From Negaprion brevirostris (lineage: Eukaryota): a DNA stretch of 63,463 nt. Location of the stretch: NCBI GenBank assembly GCA_030324005.1, contig JARDVH010000073.1, positions 54,447,745 through 54,511,207 of the forward strand, given 5' to 3'. Below, piece by piece: positions 1 to 12,379 of the stretch. Position 1 is the first letter of the stretch; each line of letters opens with the position of its first letter. Position numbers and translations under genes: made by a program. The notes under the pieces are model-generated. The model was not told where the DNA came from and made no database searches. It saw only the letters and a list, made by a program, of their open reading frames with translations.

Positions 1-49
1 ACAGAGGGTGTAGGACTGTTGATTAATGTGGTATCAAGACTGCATTCAC

Positions 50-300
50 TATTTTTTTTGTTCATGGGATGTAGATATTGTGACTGAGTCAGCATTTGTT
101 GTCTGTCCTTAATTCCTTTTGAACAGAGTGGTTTACTAGATTATTTCAGAGGGCATTTAAGAGTCAATGACAATGCTGTGTATCTAGAGCCACATGTAGG
201 CCATACCAGATAAGGAAGGCAAATTTCCTTTGCTGAACGACGTTAGTAAATTTTCACCCGGCATGCTGGGATTTGAACCCATGATGCCAGATCATGCCTG
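50..300 (-). mobile_element. Short non-autonomous derivative (5' part plus 3' tail) of the tRNA-headed CR1/Zenon-like LINE
   Basis: The reverse complement resembles the 5'UTR core (GGAAATTTGCCTTCCTT...CCTACATGTGG) and the 3' end (...CATCCCATGAACAAAAAAAA) of the element at 49707-53787. Confidence 0.65.
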
Positions 301-539
301 TACCCAACACCAATACACAATTGCCTCTGTTTTTGTACTTAGAAGAGTTCTTCACAGATTGCCTTGGCAGAAATTAAAACTATGCTGTTGTGGGGTCTTC
401 ATATTTTGCTTTGTAAGTGATCCTTCTGGGGATCTGGGAAAGTATTCAAGTCCAACACTGAGCTGACAGGAAGGGTTTATCTTAGTTTATCTTCCTCTTC
501 ACCCTCCCTCATGTCCCAGATCTGCAGTGTTAAACTGTT

Positions 540-1000
540 GAGAACTTGCATGTAGACTGTATGCTGAAGTCATCAGTTACATTGTCAGTGGGCAGTCCAG
601 ATTTGTTGCCCAGTAGCCTTTGGCTTGGTTTGTTGTGTTAGCTCAAATACAGAAGGCTCAGTGGACTGCTGCAGAATGAAGACATCAGGACTGCTGCTGG
701 GATACCTAGCATTAAATGGCACAATTTGATGCTTGTGGTCAAGCAACAGCTGGATGATGAGGAAATGGAATCCATTTTGTTACCAATCTATGGCAGATTT
801 GATAGGTGGCACCTGTCGAGCGATCGGCGAGCAGCCAGTGACACTCTGCATTGTATGGAATCTTGCAATCCTCCCAAAGCCGCGTGTTCGTGGACTGTTT
901 CAGGAAAGAATGAATGAATCATCATTTGAGTGGAAATACTCAGTGCTCTCTTCTATGCAACAATGAATGGTAAAACTGCAAGATCCTATAAATATGTCCA
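540..1000 (-). mobile_element. Degenerate PIF/Harbinger (HARBI1-like) transposase DDE-core remnant
   Basis: Manual minus-strand translation of 890->640 gives RGFGRIARFHTMQSVTGCSPIARQVPPIKSAIDW*QNGFHFLIIQLLLDHKHQIVPFNARYPSSSPDVFILQQS, followed by RLLGNK. This parallels the Harbinger motifs GFP.V.GAIDCTH, NRKGFHS.N.Q..CD, A..PGS.HD..IL and WLLGD.GY. The catalytic Asp residues are lost. Confidence 0.75.
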
Positions 1001-1649
1001 ACTTCAGCCTTGAAAGAGCCAGACCCTTAAAAGTTCATTGCCAAAATCACCTTAGCGGTTATTGGCAATGCATTCTTGTTCTGTTTTGAAATTGCATTTG
1101 TAACTGCAGCAGGTGGAGGATTTCAGTGAGGACACCTTGAAGCACAGATATTGTTCACATGGTTTGATGCTGAGGGTCTGTTGGAGAATTGTTCCCAGAA
1201 CATGGTCTTCTGCTGAGTGTCCTTCTTCATCTCCTCACTCTTCCAGCAGTTTACCCTGCTTTATGTAACCTCTGTTCATTCATCCTGTCTTGCATCTCAT
1301 TCTAAGGCTTAGTAATGCACCCATATCTGGGAGGAACTGGTTTGTGCAGAAACCTTAAAATCAACAAACTCTTTCAGCATTTACCACACTACTCCCTGCA
1401 GGCATTTGCAACTTGGAACAACTGTAGAGAGTATCAGATAATTGTCTGATCATAGCAACAGCCAGACAAAATCAATTAGTAACTAACCTGTAAATGGTTG
1501 ATCCATTTTAATAGTACTGGTGGAAGGACAACTTCCATTTAAATTAAAATCAAGAGAGATGGGTGAAGGATGGCTGACCAGTATTGTCCACTTTCCACTT
1601 TCATCCAGTGTCAAAATGACCTTGAGAGTCATTTGTTACAGCTAGAAAC

Positions 1650-1745
1650 AACAGATTAATGCTGAAAATCTGAAAGAGAAACAGAAACTACTGGTCACTC
1701 TCAGCAGGTCAGGCAGCTGCTGTGGAGAGAGAAACTGATTTAATT
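1650..1745 (-). repeat. Decayed fragment of the Penelope-type terminal-repeat family seen at 8485 and 24290
   Basis: Contains CTCAGCAGGTCAGGCAGC..CTGTGGAGAGAGAAAC, shared with those copies. No ribozyme core is retained. Confidence 0.5.
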
Positions 1746-3699
1746 TTCCCAGTCCTGGGGGACAGGTTTGATGTTGGGACATGGAGCAATGCCAGAAGTG
1801 TAACTGTCAGGTCAGTGAGCTGATGAGTTCCAGCAGGTCATCAGTGGCGAAGGCAACTCTCATACCAGCAGCAGACGATGGCTGATTAACATGACTAGGA
1901 TTTTCGCTGGGCCCATGTGTTTATTGACTTCAGCCCCAGAGCTGCATTCATCAGTGAGCCTTCCCCTTCACAGATGGTCTGGCAGCTATAGTCACTCTTA
2001 AAGTTAAAACTTCTTCAGAGAAAACCTGAGGATGGGTTGCCATCTTTCCATGGCTGAAGAGCCTGCAACTTTTAGAAACTGCCCTCCATTCTTAATTGTA
2101 AGGCAGGACTAGAGGTGGTCTCTGATGGCAAGAGTAGGGTCAGACCTGGAAATCATCCCAAATCAGAGTGTAACATTCGGCTCCATGTCTGAGGCATGAC
2201 ATTTTAGTTAAAACGCTGATTAAGGGTTAAATATATATTAGTTTTTTTTCAATTTTTCTGAGGCTGGCTGACCTCCCTTATTACCTTACTGGATATGGCA
2301 TAGAGGCCCTCATGTCAGTGTTGGTGTCAAGCCAGCATTGTGTGTTAATTGACTTCATGATCTGCCTGTAGTGCTTACTTCTAGTTATTTACTCCACCTG
2401 CAGCAATTTGGCACCTGATGTGATTTGCCACACAAGTATCTTCATGCTGTGGATGCCATTTCAGAACTGTAAGGTCACTTGTAATGCCCTAGAAACTCTC
2501 CATTAATTTCTAACAGATTGGAGTTCGCACTTAGTTAGCAAACCAAGTGGTGTCAAATCTGACTATTTCTTCAGAAGACCCATTGCGTTAACATAGACAG
2601 CTCGCCTTCATTCTCTTCAGAAGAACTAGACTTACCTTTGTTCTCTGTAATTGTAAGTTAAATTGGATAATTTCCAAATCAGTCTCAGTCCCAGAAAGTA
2701 ACCAGCAGTCTATTATCCTTCTGCAACAGCAATCTCCTTCTTCCCCTCTCCTCACTACTGTCATTGATGTATCATGTCCCAGACATGGTGAACAAAATGT
2801 GTTCAGGATATGTACCTAAAACAATTAAGTCCAAGAGATAGTCTTTAGAAACTACAAGATAAACTGCCTTTGGAAATGCACATAAATATGTTGATATATT
2901 TCCATGATAATGAAGATACACAGGGGATGCAAAGGAAGCACACACTGCACCAGCACCTCTGCCAAAAATATTTCTACATTCTCACTGAAGTCCTGCACAT
3001 AAACATCTGACAGAAACTAAATGCAAGGTGCAGCCAGAGAAAACAAAACCCACCAACTGGAAATGGAGAAATCAAGGAGTGCAAGGAAATTAAACCCCTC
3101 GATTTCGCAGCTCCCTTTAAGGTGTCAACCCTCAGCTAGAATATCAATCATGTTATTGTCAATTGTCAAGCTCTAAAGGCTTTTCACCTGTTCCAAACTG
3201 GAAAGAAATAAGTGCCCTTCTTTGCAAGCCTCTAAACAATAACTGTTTAATATGAGACTTCAGCGATCTGGCTTTGGTTGGTCTGATTAACAGATCTGGT
3301 TGTACTTTATGGTGATTGTGCATTTTGCGACTGCTTTGAGATAAAATGGAACATAACATCTGGTGCAATAGAGGCATTTGCATGAATGCACACAGGAAGA
3401 TGGGGCTCCAGGCTGCATGCATGGCTATTGAGGTCAGTAACTCTGATTTAAAATATCAAAAGATAATAGCAAAGAGAGTGGATAACTAAAAATAGTGGCA
3501 ATTGCCACGGGAACTAAGCTAATACTCAGGAAGAGCAGTCATTCAGGAAGTAACTTAGTATTTTCGATTCTGATCAGTCTTAGTCATACTATTTATAAAC
3601 ATCGGCTTCATACAGTCTAGTGAAGTCTATTTGTCCATTTGTTTGTTCCATTTAACTTCTGTGAGAGAACAGGACAAATTAAAATGGACAAAATGCATA

Positions 3700-4080
3700 A
3701 ATGATGGAGGGTGCTCTGACCAAGGTGCTTAAATAGATATGAAGGATTTGATATCTATATACAGATACAGAGCAAACAAAATGTTTTTTTCCTGGTAAGG
3801 AAATCAGGAACAGGATACTATAAAATTAGTTTTTGGCCAGTCAGGAGTGAAATTAGGAAGCATGTTTGCATGCAAATAATAGTAGAAATCCAGAACTCTG
3901 TCTTCTGGATTATGAGGATCAGTTGGAGCTTTTAGGATTGAGATTGAGAGATTTTTAAGATCAAGGAATAAAGGTCAAATATAGATAAATTGGAATTAAG
4001 GCACTGATCAACCATAATTTCATTGATTGTTGGAGGAGGCTCAAGAGAAAGAATGGCTTACATCTGTTCTATTCCTAATG
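3700..4080 (+). mobile_element. CR1 LINE 3' fragment (old)
   Basis: Resembles the CR1 ORF2 C-terminus and 3'UTR, ending GGCTCAAGAGAAAGAATGGCTTACATCTGTTCTATTCC. Confidence 0.65.
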
Positions 4081-5224
4081 GCTGTTGAGGAACAACTTGG
4101 AGGACTCTAGTTCCCCACCAGACCTCCCCTGAAGATGCTTACTCTGTTTTTGCGCATGTTTATTCTACATCCAGTCTTCATGTGCCCACATAGTGGGTAT
4201 CGACAAGTTACAGAGATGATCACAGGGAGTTATGCCAATTGGCTAACCAGCAGCTGGATGAGTGTGCATGTTGTAGTCCAGGACCACTGGATGTTGATTG
4301 GACGTGTCCTGCCTTCTGCCCCAGCTAACTCAACACAATGGTAGGCATTGAATCTAAGACTTAAATACTGCGTGCGGTGGCATTCTCCAATTTACAGATT
4401 AAAGAACTGCAGTGATGGTTCAGATTACACTTTCTTTATAGAGAGCAAAAGGAGTACCATAATGAAGGCAGTGTTAAATGAATTTAACACCTCTTTTTTA
4501 AACTTGGTTTTCTAGCAGGACTAAGGAAAGAAACGTTTCTTTGAAGGAAGGATATTATCAGCCCTGAAAACATCCCAAATGCTGTCTGACTTTCATCCAC
4601 ACAACACACAACTTGTTGAGAAATATGGAAAAGCCTGAAGTCTGGCTTGGCCTCTGTGAGCAGGTGCTGGTTTCCAAGGGACAAACGTGGACAAAAATTA
4701 CGACAACAAATAAAAATGCAAGANNNNNNNNNNTTAGAGTTCTTTATGATGGAAGCATGTTGAAAGACAGGTGATTTGGAATTGAAATATCGATTCCAAA
4801 TCACACTGTTTAACTACACAATGCTGACAGGTTACCAGATGTCCTCAATTACTGCTTGTGAGAAAAATGTGCTCAAATTTTGAGTTCAAATGATGAGCTT
4901 GAACATGTGGGGGAGGGGAACAAAAAGCCCTGCAGTCAGTTCTTGAATACATATTAGATTAACTTTAAAAAAACAACATCTGGAATAGCAACTAGCTCTA
5001 ATCAGTGACCGAATATTCCGCTCCTCGTGCCATCTGTTCATAGCATTACTCTGACCTCTGAACCACTATAACTTGTACAATGCTGTAGCCTGGATAACCC
5101 TGCACTACCTTTATCTGGCAGAACATATTTCTCAATGCAACTTTAGGTGTGTGTAGAATCAAGTTACTGATTGTAATTTAGTATCAGGTCAATGAAGTAT
5201 TTCTCTTTTGCTGTACCCCATATA

Positions 5225-6007
5225 ATAACAGTGGTTCTATTACTGGACAAGTAATCCAGAGGCTTGAACTAAGATTTGAACCCAGAGACATAGGTTAAAT
5301 CCCACCATGATAGCTGGGGAATTTAAACCAGGTTGCTTTAATTGTGGAATTTTAAAAAATCAGTAATTGTCATAAAGAAATTACTGGATTGTCCTCAAAA
5401 TCCATCTTATTCACTAATGTTCATAAGGAAATTTGCCGTTCTTCCCTGTGATTCCAGATTCACTTGCAATGCGGGTGACATTTGTCTGCCCCCCGAAATG
5501 TCTTGCAAGCTACTCCGTTGTATTAAGCTTCTATAAAAGGCTAAAGTGGGTAAGACTGGACTGACCACCAAACATTGGTCTTGGCAGCAAACATGACAAA
5601 AGCACACCCTGCCCAGTCAAGCTTGCAAAGTGTCCCTCACTAACGTTGAATTGTGTCAAAATTGATAGAGCTGACCCACAGAGCAATCAAGCAACAGCCT
5701 GACATAGTCATACTGATGGAATCACACCTTGCAATGTCCCAGACACCACCATCAACAGCCCTGGGTATGCTCTGTCTCTCTGGCAGGACAGACCCACCAG
5801 AGGTAGCAGCATAATGGTTGGTGTACAGTTTAGAGAGGATGGCCCTGAGAGTCCTCAACATTGATTCCAGACCTCATGACGCCTCATGGCATCAGGTCAA
5901 ATATGGACAAGGAAACCTCCTGCAAACTTCACTCAGCTGCTGAATCAGCACTTCTCCTCATTGAACACTACTTGGAAGTTTTTTTTGCCAGCAACTTCTT
6001 CCAGATC
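5225..6007 (+). mobile_element. 5' part of tRNA-headed CR1/Zenon-like LINE (head, 5'UTR, start of APE endonuclease)
   Basis: Collinear with 49707-50500. The decayed APE coding reads KQQPDIVILMESHL, RQDRPTRGSS and VLNIDSRPHDASWHQVKYGQGNL. It ends at an N gap. Confidence 0.75.
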
Positions 6008-6405
6008 NNNNNNNNNNNNNNNNNNNNNNNNNNNNNNNNNNNNNNNNNNNNNNNNNNNNNNNNNNNNNNNNNNNNNNNNNNNNNNNNNNNNNNNNNNNNN
6101 NNNNNNNNNNNNNNNNNNNNNNNNNNNNNNNNNNNNNNNNNNNNNNNNNNNNNNNNNNNNNNNNNNNNNNNNNNNNNNNNNNNNNNNNNNNNNNNNNNNN
6201 NNNNNNNNNNNNNNNNNNNNNNNNNNNNNNNNNNNNNNNNNNNNNNNNNNNNNNNNNNNNNNNNNNNNNNNNNNNNNNNNNNNNNNNNNNNNNNNNNNNN
6301 NNNNNNNNNNNNNNNNNNNNNNNNNNNNNNNNNNNNNNNNNNNNNNNNNNNNNNNNNNNNNNNNNNNNNNNNNNNNNNNNNNNNNNNNNNNNNNNNNNNN
6401 NNNNN

Positions 6406-6525
6406 TGTGGAATTCCATAAGAATAGTTAGGGGTTATGGGTGGAGGGGGCACTAATAACGTTAAAATGGTGGCGTGGGCTAATTGGGTCGAAGGGCCTGT
6501 TTCCCGGGCTGTTTTGTTCTTTGTT
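6406..6525 (+). mobile_element. CR1 3' tail after gap
   Basis: GGGTCGAAGGGCCTGTTTCCCGGGCTG followed by a (TTGTTCT)-like microsatellite tail. Confidence 0.65.
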
Positions 6526-6559
6526 CCTCTCATCCTCAGTGATATGTCTGACTGCTGCC

Positions 6560-7153
6560 TAACAGAGAGCTGAATGTGCCCTGCCAATGAGTGAGCACAT
6601 AGTGGCCTTTATAAACTGTTTAAGATGAGCATTAGGTACTGCAGGCCCCTTTTGGGCAAGTTGGTCAGCTTTTCAGTTTCAGCTTTTACGCAAGGTGGAA
6701 AGGCTGTCAGCATTTTGACAGCCCCATGGCCTTTGGCACACAGCTGCAATGTTGCACTTCTGAAATGCTTTAACCTTGATGAGGGGGCAGGGGAGTGCAC
6801 TTGGCGGGGATATCGCTTCATTGAATGGGAATATGGGAAGAATTTCCAGGGGTGGAGGTTACCCTCAGCTTACACTCCTTCAAAGCTGCTTGTGTCTGGA
6901 GGGTCCCTGGAGGCACAAAAGGGTAATCTGGGTTGCATGGCTACTTTCCCCTGCAAGAAAAGGGAGACTGCATTGCAGGGGATAAAGGAGGCAATATTGA
7001 TTACTCACTTGAGGAATGACAGCGATTCTCGTATTTGCAATCATTTTTATTAATTAGGCATAACTTTCAGTCAGAAATCATGCCAGTGGCATTGATGAGA
7101 ATCACTCAATTCTGTGAGCTGGAACTGGCACAAATTCTCATAAGATTGTGCCC
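6560..7153. mobile_element. Probable non-autonomous DNA transposon (MITE-like) remnant
   Basis: Ends in AAGATTGTGCCC, the reverse complement of the GGGCACAA.CTT terminus seen at about 42875. Family not established. Confidence 0.35.
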
Positions 7154-7157
7154 AATA

Positions 7158-7225
7158 TATTTGAATTGTTTTAATGTGAGTGTATTTGAATTGTTTTAAT
7201 GTGATGTGCTTGAATGGTTTTATTG
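7158..7225. repeat. Short tandem repeat, about 25-bp unit x about 2.5
   Basis: TATTTGAATTGTTTTAATGTGA occurs twice, followed by a degenerate third copy. Confidence 0.8.
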
Positions 7226-7599
7226 CTGGTGTTGAAGTTGTGGCAATAGGAACTTACTTCTGCTTGCAATCTCTCACATTTGGTCAGGTGACTGCGTCTG
7301 AATATGCAGCTGAGACCAGGGAGTGAGAATCTCAAACTACAAAAGCCTGGATGGATTGCCATCCAGCGTGGCGGCATCAGTTGCATTCTTGATTAAAATT
7401 GCTCCATGCCGACTTGTCTCCTGTTTAGGAATTCAGAGCATCTTGTTACCTGCAATGTGTAAGCACAAACCTCTGGATGCTATCCAGGCCCTCGTGTAGA
7501 AAAGCATAGCTAACTTTGATATTAGAGATGTCGTAGAGTAGATTTGATTAACCCTACTCTTGATCTTACAAAGGAATGGTTATTAATGGAACAGCTGAA

Positions 7600-7950
7600 G
7601 GTGGATAGGCCAGGAACACTTCTCTGAGAAACTTTTGCAGTGATGTCTGGGGCCATGATGAATTGGCTGTGATAACCTCCTCTTCCAGGTGACATTCTGT
7701 CTTGGGGGCCATGGCTTGAATTGGATTGATCCATGATTATGCTTGGTTTGCAGTAGTTGGGCATTATCTTCTGGAGCATGGCTGACCAAGAAACTCTCCC
7801 ACCTTTACTGCCTGCCATAAGGCATATCGGAAGGATTTATAGATTGATAATCAAACTGTTTGGTCACTTTATGAACCCATCTTCTGTGGTCACCAAGTCT
7901 TGAAGTGGACTTGAACTCGGAACCTCTGGCCCAGAGGTAGGAATATGGTC
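7600..7950 (-). mobile_element. Unclassified tRNA-headed SINE-like element
   Basis: The minus strand has CCTCTGGGCCAGAGGTTCCGAGTTCAAGTCC (B-box-like). A related segment occurs at about 13370-13520. Confidence 0.35.
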
Positions 7951-8484
7951 TCCTTGGCCTCAGCTGCATAGTTGGGAATGGTCATCTGAGCAGACTGAAG
8001 GGGAAAACTTCACCAGCCAATAATGTCAAAGTCACTGTTGAGGCCAGACTGAGCAAATGTGAGGGATTTTGAGCAGAACCTGAACTGAGCATCGGTGAGG
8101 TGATTATTGATAGATTGGTGCCATTGGATGGCACTGTTAATGATTCCTCTCATTTTACTGATGAAATAAGAAGATTCATAAGTGAGTCATGGGCTAAGTT
8201 AGATTTCTCTCTTTTTTGTTGTGAATAATTATGAGGTCTGCTACACAAATTTTCAACAGCACAGCTTGAAATTGTTAGGGCCTGTAGCCATCACTACGTC
8301 CAGTGTTTCCAGCCGTTTCTTAATGTCATGTAGAATGAAACATGTTGACAGAACATTAACAATGGCAGGGACTGGGGAGATTGTTCACCTTACCATTTTT
8401 GACTAAGGCATCAACTGAAATGCAAGTTTCCCTCTTAGAGATATAAAACATTGCTTTAATCTCTGCACTAAGCAAGCACATGCA

Positions 8485-8672
8485 ATCCAAAAGAGAAAAC
8501 GCTGGGAAATCTCAGCAGGTCTGGCAGCATCTGTAAGGAGAGAAAAGAGCTGAAGTTTCGAGTCCAGATGACCCTTTGTCAAAGCTTTGACAGATGCTAT
8601 CAGACCTGCTGAGATTTTCCAGCATTTTCTCTTTTGGTTTCAGATTCCAGTATTTGCAGTAATTTGCTTTAT
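8485..8672. mobile_element. Palindromic Penelope-type terminal-repeat element carrying a hammerhead motif
   Basis: Inverted arms CCAAAAGAGAAAACGCTGGGAAATCTCAGCAGGTCTGGCAGCATCTGT / ACAGATGCTATCAGACCTGCTGAGATTTTCCAGCATTTTCTCTTTTGG flank a hammerhead-like core. Confidence 0.7.
8548..8586 (-). ncRNA. Minimal type I hammerhead ribozyme motif, U3-A8 core variant
   Basis: Minus strand reads AGCU-UUGACAA-A-GGGUC aucug GACUC-GAAA-CU-UC-AGCU. Stems I and II pair; stem III ACGU is mutated to ACUU. Confidence 0.55.
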
Positions 8673-9833
8673 TTAAGCACATGCAATTATTTAATGACTT
8701 ATTCTCAGGACATCCCAATGCACACTACTTTTGTTGTTATTTGGGCAAACATGAAAGCCAACTTTGATGCATCTCGCCCAGGAATAGACGTGCTTATGTT
8801 TTTGACTGGGACTAATGGCTGTATGCTTCCAGGCTACTGAATGGGAACACCTGTTCTTCGAACACGTGATACTTGCTGATCATTACACATCTGGGGTGAG
8901 CAGGGTATAGCATGGAGTAGGACCACCCACTCCTGTAGCATGTTTGATTGATCAGACTTCCTATTTATAGTTTTGCTTTCTGTTCTGTTGTCCTCGACAG
9001 TGGCTTTGACACTGCTGGCTGGTGAAGTTTTCCCTTCCATTTCACCAACTAACTGCAGTTGTTTTCTAAGCTGCTGAGTTCGAACTGCTGTTTATGATAA
9101 TATTATATGTATTAATTTTACATAATTTTATATTATTTTTTTCTTGCATTGATTCATTCTTAAGTCAGGGTAAAGCTTAAAGTCTTTTTATCTTGTAGAC
9201 CAACCACACGTGAGGATAAAACATCTGTCATGTAGTGTACTATATTTGGAATGCTCTGATTGCAATGCACCATTACCAATCCCCCTTAACTATTCCCACA
9301 ATTGCCTGATACAATACATAGAACTTATAGCACAGAAACAGGCCAATGGCCCAACTGGCCTGTGCTGGTGTTTATGCACCACATGGCCATCATCTTCCAA
9401 CTCTTTGGGCAGACAACATCTTCTGCATCATCCCGTTATCTATAGCAAATGAGCTGATATGAATCATCTTAGCTTTTTTCTGTAACCACAGGCTGCTTTG
9501 CCATAATCCTCAAATGTTTGAATAAGCTTATTCCATCTTCAGGTTTTTTTAAAATTCAGTTCATTTGGGAGCTTAATTATGTTCTTATTGGATTTATTCT
9601 TAAGAAATAGCGTAACACCATTCATTAGCATTGTCCTATAACCAGACTTGGATACAATGTTCCTCCCCAAAACCCTTATTGACACCTTGTGTCTGAAGTA
9701 AAACCCTATTTGGTTGATGTAATGGAAGACACCTGTGGAACTGTTGTACAGCTGGAATTGTTTTGGAGATGAGGGGTGAAAGTTTGCCAGAATGATTGTG
9801 ATACTTCATTTAATGTTATGCTGTTTCTAACAG

Positions 9834-9927
9834 GTACTCAGTGTCACCATTCTCACAGTTGGAAAGGATTGGAATCAAGCACCCAAAGCCGTCTCCTTTC
9901 GTAGGCAACATCTTTCTCTTCCGAAAG
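9834..9927 (+). CDS. TBXAS1: Thromboxane A synthase (CYP5A1) coding exon 2
   Basis: 94-bp exon bounded by ttctaacAG| and AAG|GTaaga. It translates (W)[31 protein letters not shown], matching the recalled TBXAS1 segment [32 protein letters not shown] (P450 proline-rich hinge). Size and phase (2/0) fit the CYP3-clan exon 2. Confidence 0.93.
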
Positions 9928-11320
9928 GTAAGATTGTATCCCAAGAGAAGATTTATACAAAGGAACATTTGTGGTTGGGGAGGGAAGGGGAGGGATGTTA
10001 ATGAATGAAATTGGACCTTGAGAAGTACAGAAGATAATAAACAGGATCGAAAAGGTAAATCTGGTGTACTACAAGTTAAATCACAATTGCAGGACAAAAT
10101 ATGAACATGATGAAGGCTGCAATTGATAAAGGGCAGTTTCAGGAAACACTTTATGCAGTAAATTTGCAAAGTAAAGGGACAAGACTCAAGTGAGTCAACT
10201 GAAGGATGGTTGCAAGACAGAAATGAGGAGACACAATAAGTCAAAAGCAGTAATTAGGTCAGGCTAAGCTTTGTTTTATAAGACTATCGGAAGAAAGTGA
10301 GACTTACAGAAGTACGAGTTCCATATTTTGATGACCTGTGGAAAAATTATTTGGAGAAAGAAACATTGCAGGAAGTCTTAATATTACTAGAGTGAGGACC
10401 TAAAAAAGAGGAGTGAGAGCATGTCGTATAGATATTTCTGGCTTAGATTGAATTTTGAAGTTGGATTACTCATGCTGCTGGACCACTAAGATATGACAGC
10501 TGATCCACAGTATTCCCTAGGTTAAGAGAGAGCAGAAACACTCATTTGGCATTACTGGAAGCTGAGATTTCAAGATGCTCATTTCCAGATGACCGTTAAT
10601 TTCACTGCATGTTTTCCCTAGAGACTCCTCACAGTGAATCAGTGTGTTTTTCAGCCAGCCCTTTTTAATTTGTTGCTGAGGCAACAGGCAATTGTTCTCC
10701 AAAGGAACCTAATCAATAATCTCATATGACTGACTTCCAGAACAGCTTACCCCATGTTAACTGCATATTTGCCAAGTCAGATGTAGCTTGTCTGCATTCA
10801 CCGAGCAAGTGAATTGCCACAGGACTCCCAAAATCTGAGGAGAAATATCACTTTGATTTAGTTCTGAGATCAAGACATTTCTGAATGCCCCCGAGCATCT
10901 TACATTTATTTATTGCTTTTCCTGGTTAAGAATCCGTTGTAGATAATGTAGCCAAGGACTCTCAGTTCCTACATACTCCTCAATCGCTCTTATTTTAAGA
11001 GATAGGGGAAGTACATCACATTAAAAGCATTCTGTTGTTTTAGGGAAGAATGCAGGAAATGTTGTTTGACTATTTCAGTAGCTTTCTGAGCTTCAGGGAG
11101 ACAAGGCTTCTTTTCCTGCAGGTTACATAAAGATGTTAGTCGTGAAAAATGTTATGGGTTGTCTCCTTTGGAAGTGATTCCAGATAAGTCTAGACTTGGA
11201 TTCAAAGTTAAGAGATATTGTTGCAGCTGTTGACTGTGCTCTCTGTATACCCTGCCAACCATGCACTGTTGAAGGCTGCCAGGGTTGTGTGGAGTGGTGG
11301 TGTCATGCCAGGATGCCTTG

Positions 11321-11843
11321 GGGAGGTGGTGATGCAGTGGTATTATCATTAGATTAGTAATCCAGAGACCCAGGGTAATCCTGTGTGTCTAGGGACCCAG
11401 GCTCAAATCCCACCATGGCAGGTGGTGGAATTTAAACTCAATAAAACATCTGGAATTAAAAATCTGATGACCATGAAACCATTATCATGAGGAAGGAAAC
11501 TTGCCACCCTTACCTGGTCTGGCCTACATGTGACACCAGTCAGTGTGGCTGACTCTTAAATGCCCTCTGAAATGGTCTAGCAAGCCACCCAGTTGTATTC
11601 AGTTGTTATGAAGAAAACGCAAAGAAGTGAAACCGAATTGATCACATGGCATTGACCTAGGCATCAGAACGCCATTCCTTCTCTGTCATTGGGTCAAGAT
11701 GCTGGAATAGCCATCTAAACATAGCTGTGGGTGTACCTACACCTCAGGGACTGCAGTGGTTCAAGAATGCAGCTCACCATCACTGTCAGATGAGCAATAA
11801 AGCTAGTGATGCCCGCATCCTGGAAAATGAATTTTTAAAAAAT
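11321..11843 (+). mobile_element. Bipartite internally deleted derivative of the tRNA-headed LINE
   Basis: 11321-11670 matches the head and 5'UTR of the 49707 element. It joins directly to the last ~170 nt (TTCCTTC.CTGTC.TTGGGTCAA...GCCCGCATCC...AAAAAA). Confidence 0.75.
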
Positions 11844-11869
11844 AAGGCACTATTTCAGTTGAATTTTGT

Positions 11870-12206
11870 GCCGTTCAGGAAGTTGGGGAGAAGGGTGGTT
11901 AGAGGAAAAATTGGTCCTCAGGGACAGAGGAGGGGAACTGTGCTTAGAGTCCGAGGGAATGGGGGAGATCCTGAATGAATACTTTGCATCGGTATTCACG
12001 AAGGAGAGAGGCTTGATGTCTGGTACTGTCTTGGAGGGAGCTGTAGACCAGTTGAAGGAACTATCCATTACGAGGGAGGAAGTGTTAGGGCTTTTAGGTA
12101 GCATTAAAACTGATAAATCTCCGGGGCCTGATGGCATTTATCCTAGGCTGCTTAGGGAGGCGAGAGATGAAATTGCTGGGCCTCTGACGCAAATCTTTGT
12201 CTCTTC
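11870..12206 (+). mobile_element. Young CR1 LINE ORF2 fragment, truncated by gap
   Basis: EILNEYFASVFT...IKTDKSPGPDGIYPRLLREARDEIAGPLTQIF, in an open frame. Confidence 0.9.
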
Positions 12207-12379
12207 NNNNNNNNNNNNNNNNNNNNNNNNNNNNNNNNNNNNNNNNNNNNNNNNNNNNNNNNNNNNNNNNNNNNNNNNNNNNNNNNNNNNNNNNNNNNNN
12301 NNNNNNGAAGACAAGTTTAGGTTATCGTGCAGGAAGATCAAGAGTCAGAGAGCAAAGAAAATAGCACATTGAAGAAGAG

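Noticed and set aside
726-966. Plus-strand short ORFs
   Set aside because: They are antisense shadows of the minus-strand Harbinger transposase remnant.
2630-2780. Strong minus-strand donor (AAG|GTAAGT at about 2636) suggesting a nested antisense exon
   Set aside because: No convincing open frame or acceptor upstream. It could be a Harbinger Myb-gene relic, but this is unsupported.
5861-6587. Long ORFs of 157-209 aa, and likewise 241-360 aa at 51085-52187
   Set aside because: They are open only because they run through N gaps. The flanking residues are LINE fragments or noise.
9834-9927. Assignment of the exons to CYP3A (same exon sizes)
   Set aside because: The YS.S.FS.LE..G..HPKPSPF.GN and YG..CG signatures fit TBXAS1 rather than the CYP3A GIPGP.PLPF.G and YGK.WG pattern.
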